The position numbers and the translations under genes were made by a program. A model generated the notes under the pieces. That model was not told the DNA's origin. It did not search any database and worked only from the letters and a program-made list of their open reading frames with translations. A stretch of 64,000 nt of DNA, taken from contig NC_092672.1 in NCBI RefSeq assembly GCF_964355755.1, positions 22,395,237-22,459,236 of the forward strand. The letters run 5' to 3'. Shown here piece after piece: positions 1 to 13,230 of the stretch (positions within the stretch are counted from its first letter, which is position 1; each line of letters begins with the position of its first letter). This DNA comes from Antedon mediterranea. Lineage: Eukaryota; Animalia; Echinodermata.

Positions 1-1149
1 TTGCGTGTTTCAAAAAATTACTGCGCAAAAACACATTTTTGCGCACGCGATTTTTGAAAAGGGTAAAAAATAAAATTTGATGTATACATCATATTCTACT
101 CACAATCCTTAGTACATTCTCCGACTTTGAGTCCATTCCGACTTAAAATAACGCTATACGAGCACGTTAAAAATGACAAAATGCGCACATTAATTGTACA
201 AAAGTGCTAAAAATGGTAAAAAATAAGGCCTTTTTAAAATGAATATAACTCTTCAGAATGGCAGTTGACCCCCAATTTTTTTAACTTATTATGGAAGCCA
301 ATAAGTTGTAGATATAAATATATATACATATTAGACGTACAAAATGGTATGACGTCATGAAATGGCCACTTGAATTTAAAAATTAGTAATTTTTATCTTT
401 TTGTGTGGGTTATCACATTCAATAGAGCGCATCTCCGTTATTTGAGCCCGATTTTTGCAGATATTTTAGTATGTGCTTGCTCAATTAATTATCTTTCTTG
501 TGAGTTGTCAACATTTTTATTGTGATGACGTCATCACGCGTAAAAACTTGAATAACCTAGGTCGTGTAATTTCAGCTACACCATACATTTGAATATCTTA
601 TAGCTCCTCAGAATTAAAGGTGACCTTGAAGATTATAATTTATTATGAAAGCTGATGAAATGTAGATATGAATTCATATCAAAATTAAGCCTATCGGATG
701 TTGTGATGTTATCATATGGCCAGTTGAAGTTAAAAAGTAGTTTTTAAATTTCTTTAGTCGAAGTTATACAAATTTCAAAGAGCGCGCATTGCGCTTCTAC
801 GTGTCAAATTCTCTTCCAATCCTTATATTTATTTGCTCAATTCATTATCTTTCGAAATTGTCATCTTCGAGTTTATTTTGATAATTCCATCATACCAAAA
901 AATTTGAACTTGATGTGTGTCCCATAATTTCACCTATGCTACACTGTATATAGATATACAGTATATACTGTACATTGTATATGGCATATAATAAGCATAA
1001 CTCAGCACTATAAGCGTATAATAGGATGGCATACATCAACATTTTCCTATCGTATGTTAACGTACGTACATGTTTAAAAAAAAATTAATTTCATTAAAAT
1101 GATAAAAATGATCACCTATAATTCGTCAAAGTGACGAATTAAATTCTAG
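1..1149 (+). mobile_element. Helitron-like non-autonomous element, 3' part (5' end outside window)
   Basis: Ends in hairpin ATTCGTCAAAGTGACGAAT (~1121-1139) followed by CTAG (1146-1149) then T. Internal ~360-bp diverged units (ATGACGTCA..TGGCCA motifs). Similar to the reverse complement of 62658-64000. Confidence 0.6.
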
Positions 1150-2074
1150 TTTACAGTTTAGTATTGAAGGCTGCAATGAGTAGATTTGAAAATAAACACT
1201 GAAATACTGTTTGGATCAGAGTGCAAACAATTTTTGTAAATGTAAGAATTACACAATTGTGGGAAGCGGGTTAAGAGTATGGGAGGGGCATGTTCTTTCA
1301 CCCCTAATTAGGGATGTCAGAAACTCTAAACTCTGGGCAATCTCTAGGCTTGATTGTTGTTTTACCTAGTCACCATGCATACAGATTATAAGCCAATTAT
1401 AATCTGAAAAGAAATTCTAAAAATGGACAGAAAAGTATGAGTCATTGTACTGTATTAAACAATTTTTTTTTGCACGGCAACCAATTCTATGTAAAAGATA
1501 CCGAGATTTAATTAATTTTACAATGCTAAAGTAATTTTTTTTTTCTCTTTTGTGGGGCAGCCCACTTTTATTGCACATATTATGATAAACAATATGATAT
1601 TTATATTACACATTCTGAGGTTAAAAGATTATAGAAAATATTGTGATATTGTGTTGAAATCTAAATATGATAAAACAAGTATACAGAGAAAATTTATATT
1701 ACAGAGCTAAAACGATATAAAGATTAACTCAGTTAATATTCAGTATTAACAAGCACGAATGTGCAATACTCGGGGTACAGCAAAAGAAGCTGTAATGACG
1801 TCATAAGACCGGATGTAACGTAACATACACATCAATAACCGCGCTACCAAATACGGCTATACGGTACCATCTTCGAGACGTGATATGGCTGCATCCGGTA
1901 TGAAATTAAAAAATCCGGCTCTATAGCTTTGAGGACATGTCCCTGTAGTATATTCATGCTAAATCCGAGCTCAATACTACAAGGAAAGGGAGGAGTATTT
2001 ACCGATTACACAAAATAAATATTTAAAAAAATAATAAAAATAAGATATACTGTGTATAATTATCATATTGCGTA

Positions 2075-2485
2075 AAGGACGCCTTGAAACTTTCATCCGT
2101 CGGGCTGGTAAAATGATTGGTCTGGAACTGCCTTCCTTTACCGATGTGCACCTAGAACACCTCCAAAAAGATTTCGAATGCATTGAGTTGGATGCCTCTC
2201 ATCCTCTCCACAAAGTAATCATAGACCAACTTAATCCAAGTGGTAGATTGAGGCTCCTCAGTGTGAAAACAAATCGATTTGCTAAATCCTTTATTCCCTC
2301 CGGTATCATCTAGTACAACAGGAAGTCAAGAAGATAATTTTATCTTGTAATTTTGTAGATGTTTTTATAAGAATGGTTTTATGCTATATTTGTTTTTATT
2401 GTGTGTTCTTTGTTATTATGATGAGCAATGAATTTCCTTTTTGAGGATCAATAAAAGTTATCTTATCTTATCTTATCTTATCTTA
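2075..2485 (+). mobile_element. 5'-truncated Rex1/Babar-type LINE 3' end
   Basis: ORF2 C-terminal motif HPLH..LNPSGRLR..KTNRFAKSFIP, AATAAA and a (TTATC)n tail. The empty site is visible in the duplicated block at ~2991 (ATTGCGTA|TACAG). Confidence 0.8.
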
Positions 2486-2520
2486 TACACTACTTTTCAC
2501 CATAAAGTTAAATAAAAAAG

Positions 2521-2595
2521 GTTTCGCCCGGGCTCGAACCAGGTACCTTCTGCGTGTTTTTAAGTAAACGTGATTAACCACTACGCCAACAAGCC
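2521..2595 (-). pseudogene. tRNA-Val-like pseudogene, copy 1
   Basis: Reverse complement has A box TGGCGTAGTGG, B box GGTTCGAGCCC and a downstream T-run. The anticodon loop has a 3-nt insertion and the acceptor stem has mismatches. Confidence 0.7.
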
Positions 2596-2745
2596 GCATA
2601 TAACTACATAGCGCTGTGGTGTGTGTCACACATTGTGGCTTCCTAATTAAACAAATTAATTAAAAAAAAGCACGAATGTGCAATACTCGGGGTACAGAGA
2701 AAGAAGCTGTATACAGACGTATACAGTTAAAGTTAAAGAAAAATA

Positions 2746-2816
2746 GGTTTCACCAGGGCTCTAACCGGGACCTTCTGCGTGTTAAGCAGACTTGACAATC
2801 ACTACACTACGAAACC
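2746..2816 (-). pseudogene. tRNA-Val(AAC)-like pseudogene, copy 2
   Basis: Reverse complement reads GGTTTCGTAGTGTAGTG..TCTGC TTAACAC GCAGA..GAAACC. The T loop is mutated (GGTTAGAG). Confidence 0.7.
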
Positions 2817-3032
2817 CACTTACACTAAAAATGTGGGTTACAGAAAGTTTTTTAATCCATTTAAATTACAAATAAATATGGTAATAAGCACAAAGAAAAA
2901 TAAACATGTGTAAAAGTGATAATTACCGATTACACAAAATAAGTATTAAAAAAAATAATAAAAATAAGATATACTGTGTATAATTATCATATTGCGTATA
3001 CAGTACTTTTCACCATAAAGTTTTAAAAAAAA

Positions 3033-3104
3033 GGTTTCGTCCGGGCTCGAACCAGGTACCTTCTGCGTGTTAAGCAAACGTGATAACCACTACGCCAAGA
3101 AGCC
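3033..3104 (-). pseudogene. tRNA-Val(AAC)-like pseudogene, copy 3
   Basis: Reverse complement GGCTTCTTGGCGTAGTGGTTATCACGTTTGCTTAACACGCAGAAGGTACCTGGTTCGAGCCCGGACGAAACC, followed by an oligo-T terminator. Acceptor and anticodon stems have mismatches. Confidence 0.7.
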
Positions 3105-4044
3105 GCATATAACCATATAACTACATAACGCTGTGGTGTGTGTCACACATTTTGGCTTCTTAATTAAACAAATTAATTAACAAAAAATTTAAAATCCGGC
3201 TCTATAGCTTTGAGGACATGTCCCCCCTGTAGTATATTCATGCCAAATCCCAGCTCAATACTACAACTAATAATGGAGGAGTAGTACTTTAAAAATCGCA
3301 CTTTTTACTCAATAGTGTCCAGATGGAGGAGGAGAAAATGAGTAAGTCCTAGACTCGGGTACCCCGAGTAAAAAATTGAGATTCGGTATAATAATGATAA
3401 AATAGTATTTTGCATTATAAGATGGTTTGTTTAATTCTTTGATAAAATTGTATAGTTTTACATTGATAAAGTCATTTTGAACATAATATTGCAAACCTTG
3501 TTTGCTTTTTTACCTAAAATGGTAATTCATGTTGGTTTGTCGTTCAACTAAATGATAAAAACAAAGGAAACACTATTGTCATGCTATGTTGTAATTGGTA
3601 TAGAATCCATTGAATTGTACTTGTTATCACTATATAAATAATGATATAAAAGTGTTTGGTCTTCTGTACAACAACCACTTGCATTCAACTTTTGAAGAGG
3701 AAACGTTGCATTAGATTTTTTGGATTTCTTTTATGTTAGCATTACCACTGTAAGCGTACATAGCACTTGTAGGTCTAAATAATGTTATAATTTTATTTGA
3801 TAGAGGAAGCATTATTTAAAGAAATTGTTGATAGAGTAGAAATTGGATTGTATATGTACTGTATTCCAACATGTTTAGCACTTGTAGTATTTATGTATTT
3901 ATTAATGCACTATCATGTTTACTCTATAAACTCTACAAACCTTTATTTAAATTGAGAAATTGTCTTTTTTTATGTTATTACATTGTTAACCCTTTTTTGC
4001 TTTGTTTTTTGTAAATCAATTGCAGTACAATGGATCAACTGAAA

Positions 4045-4590
4045 AAAGAACTTGTTGCTATATGCACCTTCAATGGCATTGAGGTAGGTACTGTTACCTT
4101 TACACTGTTTTAGGATAATACATTAAAGAACTTGTTGCTATATGCACCTTCAATGGCATTGAGGTAGGTACTGTTACCTTTACACTGTTTTGAATAATAC
4201 ATTAAAGAACTTGTTGCTATATGCACCTTCAATGGCATTGAGGTAGGTAGCTTGGCACTGTTTTGAATAATACATTAAAGAACTTGTTGCTATATGCACC
4301 TTCAATGGCATTGAGGTAGGTATTGTAGCTTGGCACTGTTTTGAATAATACATTAAAGAACTTGTTGCTATATGCACCTTCAACTGCATTGAGGTAGGTA
4401 CTGTAGCTTGGCACTGTTTTAGGATAATATATTAAAGAACTTGTTGCTATATGCACCTTCAATTGGCATTGATGTAGGTACTGTAGCTTTACACTGTTTT
4501 AGGATAATACATTAAAGAACGTGTTGCTAAATGCACCTTCAATTGGCATTGAGGTAGGTACTGTAGCTTTATTACTGTTTTAAGATAATA
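4045..4590. repeat. Minisatellite, ~79-bp unit x ~7
   Basis: Unit AAAGAACTTGTTGCTATATGCACCTTCAATGGCATTGAGGTAGGTACTGTAGCTTGGCACTGTTTT..ATAATACATT, with periods of 73-80 bp. Confidence 0.95.
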
Positions 4591-4966
4591 AATTTTAACT
4601 AGCAACAATTAACTTAAAAGTAATTAATGCTTTGGAAACAAAAGAGAAATAAAATAAGTACTAATTAACAAACTAAGTTGTTGCCCATGACAGTGACTTA
4701 TTTGTATTAGTAAATAAATTTGTATAAAATATATCATCATATTCTTAATAATATGTATTTGCTCATTTGACTGGCACTTTTTATTATTATGTGGTTGTGA
4801 GGTCAAATTTATCTTAATATATTATTTGACTACTATATAATGACTATATTACTATAACATACAAGTGATCACTGTTGTCTATTCTATATTCCTTGTGATA
4901 ATTCCTTATATGATATTAATGCAATTGAATACTGTATTAATATACTATCTGTTCACATGTTTTTAG

Positions 4967-5047
4967 ATGCCAAATATAGACCAAAGCAATCCTGTTGACA
5001 TCTGTCAATATTTAATTCAATGTGAAGCACAGGACGTCCAGGATGAG
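4967..5047 (+). CDS. Probable ankyrin-gene exon (N-cap or partial repeat): MPNIDQSNPVDICQYLIQCEAQDVQDE
   Basis: TTTTAG acceptor, 81 bp open, phase-0 GTAAAC donor. DICxxLI matches helix 2 of the downstream ankyrin exons. Confidence 0.6.
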
Positions 5048-6252
5048 GTAAACATCAGTTATTATTTCTTTCATTGTAATCGTTTTAGGATTACTCATAG
5101 TAATTTTCTTAATAAGGATATAAATTAATGTATAAATAATGTATATTTATTATATTTCTAGTTGAAACGTAGATTTGATAAAATTTTTGTCTTTTACAAC
5201 GACAACATTTAGCGTTTACTATCGAAATTTGTGGAATCACAGGGTATTTTCACACACTCGCGCTGTTCAACTGGATTCCGGGTCCTGTAACTTCCCGCAA
5301 AATGGCCGTTGGTGGCGAAATTCAATATTTTTATTTGTCGATAAGTCCAGAAAATGCAAATAAACGGCAAAATGAAAACTCTTGATATAATTTGAATTAT
5401 GAAATAGGGAGGCTGAAATGACAGGCTTTTACTTTACGTCTAATTACAATTTGATTTTAGTTAGTAGTACTTAATTAGTTAGTAACTAATTATTTATTTA
5501 TTGTTGAAGGCCTTTACTTTTACGTAAACTAGGCCTACAATGTGATTTTGCGAGCGCAGCGAGCAACTGTAGGCTGGGGACCGGCAAGAAGGCCCCTGGA
5601 AGCTTTGGCTCTCGACAGAGCAATTTCGGTTGTTTTAATCAGCTTACACAGACATTTTTACCTACTAAAATCTGAGTTATGCAGAGAAATTATATAGTAC
5701 ACTACAGTATGGAAGTTAATAGTACTGAAATACAGCTTTATTGTTACAACAAAGTACATTATATTAGGCTCTTAAATAATTTCTTGTCCTACTATAAACA
5801 TTAAAAAACACATATGTAGGAGGCCTACGTACATGTACCAATTTAACTCGGCACCATTTTTATTCAAGTTTACACAATTGAAATTCTTTGGTTTAATCAT
5901 GGACCTATAGGTCCATGGTTTAATGAAAAATATTTCCAGGAAAAATGTATAAATACATAAATTATGTTGTTACAATGCATGATAAAAGTACAATTGGGCC
6001 CAAAAAGATTGAACTGAACTGAATGTGATGTTGTGCGTCCTGAAAAACCCAGCCGAAGCACGCGATTGGTTAGTCAATTTTTCTGTCATAATATAATATT
6101 TATAACCATCATCTCTCAACAATCTCTCAATCTCACGCTCAGTAAAATGAACAAAAAATCTGCTATAATTGATAATTAAATGCACAGTTTTAGAAGTGGG
6201 GCCTTTGTTTTTCAAGGGGAGAGGAGGGGTGGTTCGCTGGTAAAAGGGGGCG

Positions 6253-6284
<32 letters not shown>

Positions 6285-7589
6285 ACCTGGTTACGGGCCT
6301 GGATATATAAGTAGGCTACGAAAGTTATTTGATCATTTTGTTCCAAAATTAACAAGATGCTCTTGTCATGATTTATTGTGATACAAATGTTAAAGCACTG
6401 CTCACCCTGTCACCCACTTGATAAACTATGCTTTTGGTCTCTTGGTACGGTTTCAGTGATTGATGACCCCTATTAACGGTTTCCTCCTGTGTGTAACATT
6501 TAGATAATAATATAATATATATTTATGTATACTGTTCTTTACTATTATATTAATTGCATCTTACGTTTTTATGATTAGTACCAATTGTTGTAAGTTTTTA
6601 CATGACTACAGGAGAATTAATGTACATTTCGTTTACAAATAATTAAATATATTGAGGAACTTTTCATTGCCCTGGAAGCGATATTTTTGGCGTACATAAT
6701 TTACAGACCACCATGAAACATCACAAAATCAACATGCATTACTCATCAGTCATATGCATATGTGTCACCCGGGCCTCTAATTCCAGAGGCGTTGGCCATG
6801 TTTTCGAGAACCATTTGGGTACACTCACTGGAGGGTGCGTGAGCGAAGCCTCTAGTTATTATAATTTGTCTCCTATATTCAGAATCATTTCAAAGATATT
6901 TAATTGTGTTTATATTATCCTCATCCTGCAGATACTGAAATTGTTACATATAATCAAAGTGCAGTCGTTTCAGTACATATTAGACAATGGTCATGTTCTG
7001 AATTATTTTAATCTTCATGTTTCATGTTTTTGAGGGACAATACATCTTTAAAGTATCTCAATTATAAATACAGAACATGGGATAATTTAACTTTACTTCA
7101 TTCTAATACTATTAAAAAAAATGAATATTATGGATAATCATTAAACTGGACTGACATTACTGAAAAATATAAATATATTTTTTTAGCACTATTTTCTAAC
7201 AAGTTATATTAATCCTCAAAAGACAGTAAAATTGTATTTTCACTTTAAATCAACTTTTAGACAATTACAAAGCTGTATTTTTTATGAGGACACTTAAATG
7301 GTAATTTTAATTTTTAACATGTTAGGAATTTACTAAAATGTATGTTGGGCTACCAAATGTTTATTATGTTTTAATGAATTTTCCAGTCATTTTTATTACC
7401 CTGTACATAAATCCTATTAATGTTTCCTGTAGGTAGTCTACTGTACAAGATGATTATTTTTTAGAGAAGGAAATGTATTTTGACTAATGTGATGTATCTT
7501 GAAAAAAAAACATAATTTACTTTTATTTATTTATATCATGCGTCTGTCTTCTTCTGAGTTGTTTGTACACGCCGATTTCTGTATCAAAT

Positions 7590-10390
7590 ATGTCTAGGCC
7601 TAGGCCTGTATCAATTGCAATATCCTACGCCAGGAATGAACTGTTGCGGCTCAGGCGTCACGATAGCCCGAAACCTGAAGGCTATTGTTAGTTTCTACGG
7701 GAAGTCAAGTTAAGGAAAAAGGGTAAAGGTGGAGGTATTCGAAAGCGCCTTAGAAAACGTAAGTCTAAACCTCCACTTCCATCGATGATTTTAGGAAATG
7801 TGAGATCTCCGTCAAATAAAATCGATGAACTCCGAGCATGTTCTAAACACATGTTTGAATACAGAGAAGTTTCAGTGATGTGTTTCACAGAGACATGGCT
7901 TAATAATAATATTATTGACAGCGAATTAGTACTAAGTAATTTTGAATTAGCTAGAGTGGATAAAACGGTAGAGTCGGTAGAGTATGTTTTTATATAAATA
8001 AAGCATGGTGTAGTAACTGGAGGATACGTAAACAACTCTGTACGCTGGATATAGAATTACTGACCATAAGTGCAAGACCCTTCTATCTACCACAAGAATT
8101 TTCTCAAATTTCCCTTACAGTGTGCTACATACAGCCAAATGCAAATATTGATAATGCGAGTGAGACTATTTCCAGTACTGTTCACCGGTATGAAACAATG
8201 GCACCGGACGCTCCACAAATAATTCTAGGAGACTTCAACAAATGCACTTTGAAGGATGTGCTACCTACTTATGAACAAGCAATCTCTGTAGAAACAAGAG
8301 GCAGTGCTACACTGGACTTAAGCTACTGCAATGTGAAAAAAGCATACACAAGCAAAATCTGTTCAAAACTTGGAAATTCTGATCATAACAATATACAATT
8401 ATGCCAAAATACAAGTCAAAATTAAAACAGTCAAAACCCAGTAGTTATACAACAGCAGTTGTGGAGTACAGAGGTGGTTGAAAAGTTGCGTGGCTGTCTA
8501 GCATGTACTGATTGGGATATTATGCTCGATGATGATGATACTCTTGATGTAAGTGTATCTACAATCTCAGCATACATATCCTTTTGTGTTGATATGGTTA
8601 TACCTAAAGTAACAAAAAAAAAAGATGTATGCAAATGAAAAACCATGGAGCTCTAACCAACTAAGGAAACTGTTACAAGATAAGCGTATAGCGCATAGAG
8701 GAAAAGATACTCCTAAAGTCAAAGAAATTCAAAAGGAAATAAACAAGTATATAAAAAATAGCAAACTGAAATACAAAAAAACACTAGAAAATAAATTTAA
8801 AGACAAAAACCCTAAAGCAGCATGGAAAGCAATTAAAACACTAACTGGCTACAAAGAAACCATATTGCGTGTACATGGAAGTGAGAACTTCGCTAATGAC
8901 TTAAACAACTTTTTCTGTCGTTTTGAATCCGAGATATTAGTTACCAAAAATAAAAATGAAGTAAACAATGCAGTCATAAATGTAGTTGATGTGGGTAATG
9001 TATTCGCCAAAGTAAAGCCTGGTAAAAGTACTGGCCCTGATGGAATTGGAAATCGTGTTATTAAATACTGCAACCAAGGTAGGAGTTGGCACCGATATAT
9101 GCCAAACTTTTTAATGAGAGTTTAGCAAGTGGTACAGTGCCCAACCAATGGAAAACGGCCTGTATCTTACCAATTCCTAAGAAAAAAAATCCCAAGGAAC
9201 TTAATGACTATAGGCCAATAGCTATCACATCCAATGTTGGTAAGTGCCTAGAAAAGATTGTACTCAGGCAGTTGCTTGATAAGACCAATTTCTTTTCTCG
9301 ATCCTCTCCAATTTGCCAATCAGAGTAATAGAAGTGTTGAAGATGCTGTGCTCTTCCACTTACATAATATTTACCAACATTTAGATGTGCCTAAATCATA
9401 TGTAAGATGTTTGTATATAGATTTTTCTAGTGCTTTTAATACCGTTGAACCTGGTTCATTAGTAAGCAAACTTAAAGAAATGAACGTAAACGACACATTG
9501 ACTTCATGGATATATAATTTCTTAACAAAAAGGTTCCAGTATGTTAAACTAAACGGTATTTTATCTGATAAAAGAACTGTTAGCATTGGCACGCCACAAG
9601 GGTCTGTTATCTCCCCAATGTTGTTTTCACTGTTCACCAGCAGTTTCAGAGCCAATTCAAATGAATGTTGTATAGTAAAATATGCAGATGACACGGTCAT
9701 CACTGGATACATTACTGGCAATGATGAAACAAGCTATAGACAACTAGGATGTGATTTTTATCACTGGTGCTGCAATAACAACCTGAAACTAAACATAAAG
9801 AAAACAAAAGAAATGCAAATTGATTTTAGGAAAATTAAAGAACCCTTAGAACCTCTGATTATAAATGAAAATGAGATTGAAGTAGTAAATGAGTACAAAT
9901 ATCTGGGTTGTATAATTGACAATAAGCTAAATTGGATAAACAATGTAAATAAAGCCACATGCAAAGCCAACCAAAGGAGGTTTATTTTAAGAAAAATGAA
10001 GTACCTACAAATTGACAAAACTATACTTAAATTGTTTTATAACTCTGTAATTCTCAGTGTAATACTTTTTTGTAATGTTTGTTTTTATGGTAATACAATG
10101 CAAAAAGATAAAATTTAACGTAATCGAATAGGAAATAGAGCAATTAGACTAGTAGGAGAGCACTTACCTGATGTTGAATCCTTGTATAACGAAAATGTGT
10201 TAAAACAAATAAAAAGTATCATTGATGTTGAAACACATCCTTTTTACAAACAATTTGCCCTCATGAATTCTGACATAAGACTACGTGCACTTAATACCAA
10301 AACAAAACAGTTTAGGTGCTCTTTTGTACCTAATGCTATACACTTATATAACTCCAGAGTCCAAAGATAAAATGTAACCGCTTTTGTTTA
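7590..10390 (+). mobile_element. Near full-length, inactivated Rex1/Babar LINE (APE endonuclease + RT)
   Basis: Motifs YARNELLRLR, PPLPSMILGNVRS, CFTETWL, ILGDFN, LGNSDHN, GPDGI, YRPIAITS, LDPLQFA, IDFSSAFNT, PQGSVISP and YADD. Split by stops and frameshifts into 7 or more ORFs. Confidence 0.9.
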
Positions 10391-10399
10391 TTTTTATAG

Positions 10400-10871
10400 C
10401 TCACGCACTCCGTAACTAATAGAATATATAAAAATATTTCGGGTCATTTTCTTGTAAAAGTTCTTATAGGACTGAATAGAAACATATACCTTCAGATTAA
10501 TTTGAGCCCTATTTAAAGTTTGTCCAACTATTAGTTACGGAGTTATATGATATGTAGGTCAAAGGTCAAATATGCCAAAAATCATACTTCCAGCCATTTT
10601 TGGACAAACTTTTCCATTAGAACGAATATTAATATGCATCTCCCAAATAATTTGACACTAAAATTATTTCATTTAATCTAAGCGTTGCAAAGATATGATC
10701 ATTTTGTTTTCAATGGGTCAAAACATTCAAATTGAGGTCAGAGGTCAAAGATGAATTTTAGAAATTTGACAACATGGGTTTTTATAACCAGCATGATTCA
10801 AATATTCATAAAACACAATGTTTACACTTTCCCCATGATCTGCACACGAAAATACATAGGGATCTGGACTA
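10400..10871. mobile_element. Probable Academ-type non-autonomous element end
   Basis: GGTCAAAGGTCA subterminal motifs like those in 22905-28864, and terminus ..GGATCTGGACTA. The partner end was not found. Confidence 0.35.
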
Positions 10872-11055
10872 GAATGTAGATTTACAACATTTACACCATA
10901 GGCTTTGCACATTTCAATGCTATATTAAAAATAATAATTCAGTTGTTTGATGGAAAATAAGTTTGTTAAGATCAATTGACCAGAACATATGATAGCTTAG
11001 TCATTTTGCAGGATTAACACAATTCTGACATTTTAATGTTTTAATATTTCAATAG

Positions 11056-11154
11056 GATGGTACATCAGCATTGGGGTTGGCTGCATTATTTGGTAATATA
11101 AACATATGCAAAATATTGGTGGATGCTGGAGCTAATGTGAACCTTAAAAATAAA
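11056..11154 (+). CDS. Ankyrin-repeat exon: DGTSALGLAALFGNINICKILVDAGANVNLKNK
   Basis: AATAG acceptor, exactly 99 bp, GTAAGT donor, phase 0-0, canonical ankyrin consensus. Confidence 0.93.
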
Positions 11155-11488
11155 GTAAGTCATTTTATATTATTTAACATTTCAAACAAGTAAAAGTTAA
11201 TGTAATACTAATTCACTGCATATTTTGACAGCTACATTATTGTAAGAATAGGCAGAGTAGTATCAATAGTAACATGTTTATTCCCTGATATGTATAACTA
11301 CAGATATGAAAATGATTACAAGCATGTACATTAAAACTACAGTTTAAAAAAATTACACTTTTTTTTTGTATTTAAACATTTGTTCTACCAAACATAGTGT
11401 AGTTGTGCAAGGAATGTTTATAAATAGCAATATATGAATTTAATTATTAAACATTTAAATGTCTCCAAATAATAAGAAGAAAGATATG

Positions 11489-11539
11489 ATTCAAGGTTTC
11501 CGTCTTTATTGGATCATCATCATCATGATCATCAGGAAT
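11489..11539 (-). ncRNA. Degenerate minimal hammerhead ribozyme motif (Penelope-type repeat)
   Basis: Reverse complement ATTC-CTGATGA-...-GAAA-CCTT-GAAT: helix I ATTC/GAAT with core boxes present. Helix II is disrupted by (GAT)n slippage and the helix III palindrome is mutated. Confidence 0.4.
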
Positions 11540-12740
11540 GACAATAATTTCACAGGGAAACAATAATAATACAATAAAAGTATGCAAATGAGGAAAGATA
11601 AACAAAGTAATTAAATATATGTAATAGTAATACCTTGATTTTAGTTTTAGATCTCAAATATTTTATTCTTAAAATCTATTTTTTAATTGAGCACTTTATA
11701 CCTTTAAGCTTAAACTTGGCAAATGTTATAGTTTTTTGTTATAGGGCCTGTTTCTGCTCAGCAGAAATAATCGATTATTAACCGATTATTTTTTTAATCG
11801 ATTATTTTTGTGCAGCAAAACGGTGCAAAATAAAATAACCGATTAAAAATAACCGATTAAAAACACTCAATCCATTGCATGTTTTAACCGATAATTTCTT
11901 GTTTTCACCGACACCGGAACAGTTTTGAGCTGCAACACAAATATCGATTATTGACAACACTTTGACCTCTAGAGTATGGTAACCCTCACTCACAGAGCAT
12001 GCTGTTTATTTGGGCGATTGACGATCGACGATCAACAAAACAATGATGTGGACCGAACATTTGATTGTTATTATTTTTGAGGGAGAATTATACCGAGAGG
12101 ATTCTGCATTACAAGTACACCGTTACATCTCTCCCAGTACAGGCTAACAATGTTTTGCATGTCCTTTTTTAGGCCTGTTGTTTTCGGTAGAAGTTATCCC
12201 AGCTACTAGGCTAGGCAGAGTAGAACCAACAACGAAACGAACTTTCTCGCCGACGTGCCCTTATTAATACATCATTATTCTGTTGTATGTAGGTAGTAGG
12301 CCTAGATGTTTATATTACAAATAATATAGCTTTACGTAAGAGTTCAATTTTTTATTTTAAAATTTTAATTAAATTCAGACCTCTCCTGATAATCATGGGA
12401 GTTTCTTGATATTTCATTTCATCATCTGCTTTTCCGTAAAAAAAAAAAGATTTCTGATTTTTTGGATAATTCAAAAAATGTCCTGACAATGTATATTTCT
12501 ACTACTAGTATGAGAATAGATATAGATAAAGATAATAAAAAAACAAGAATATTGACTTGTAAGATATTTATAGTAAACTACTCAAGCCCGTAGCCAGGAT
12601 TTTTAAAGGGGGGTTCTTTTTCAAAAGTATGAGAATAGATATAGATAAGATAATAGAAAACAAGAATATTTATAGTATTGCTTAATAGGGGACAATTCAG
12701 TCATTCAGCACTCGGGTAACAAACTCGCATGATGAATATA

Positions 12741-13230
12741 CATGCTATCCCTCCCTATATATCAACTTCTGTAGTTTGGCCATGCTATCCCTCCCTATAT
12801 ATATCAACTTCTGTAGTTTGGCCATGTTATCCCTCCATATATATATATCAACTTCTGTAGTTTGGCCATGTTATCCCTCCCTATATATATCAACTTCTGT
12901 AGTTTGGCCATGCTATCCCTCCCTATATATATCAACTTCTGTAGTTTGGCCATGTTATCCTTCCCTATATATATCAACTTATGTAGTTTGGCCATGCTAT
13001 CCCTCCCTATATATATCAACTTCTGTAGTTTGGCCATGCTATCCCTCCCTATATATATATCAACTTCTGTAGTTTGGCCATGTTATCCCTCCCTATATAT
13101 ATCAACTTCTGTAGTTTGGCCATGCTATCCCTCCCTATATATATCAACTTCTGTAGTTTGGCCATGCTATCCCTCCCTATATATACCAACATCTGTAGTT
13201 TGGCCATGCTATCCCTCTCTATATATATAT
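12741..13230. repeat. Minisatellite, ~42-bp unit x ~11.5
   Basis: Unit CATGCTATCCCTCCCTATATATATCAACTTCTGTAGTTTGGC with a variable (TA)n count. Confidence 0.96.

Larger units (their letters stand above)
1748..3375 (+). mobile_element. Helentron/HINE-like non-autonomous element with internal duplications and tRNA-Val-like copies
   Basis: Starts AACAAG..ATACTCGGGGTAC and ends in hairpin ACTCGGG-TAC-CCCGAGT (3353-3369) plus an A-run. Internal blocks are duplicated (1910-1981 vs ~3190-3265; 1750-1795 vs ~2668-2712). Confidence 0.45.

Noticed and set aside
2521-3104. Functional tRNA-Val gene cluster
   Set aside because: Each copy has stem mismatches, loop insertions or a mutated T loop, so they were called pseudogenes.
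4045-4590. CRISPR-like array (palindromic repeat with regular period)
   Set aside because: The whole unit repeats with no unique spacers, there are no cas genes, and the context is eukaryotic.
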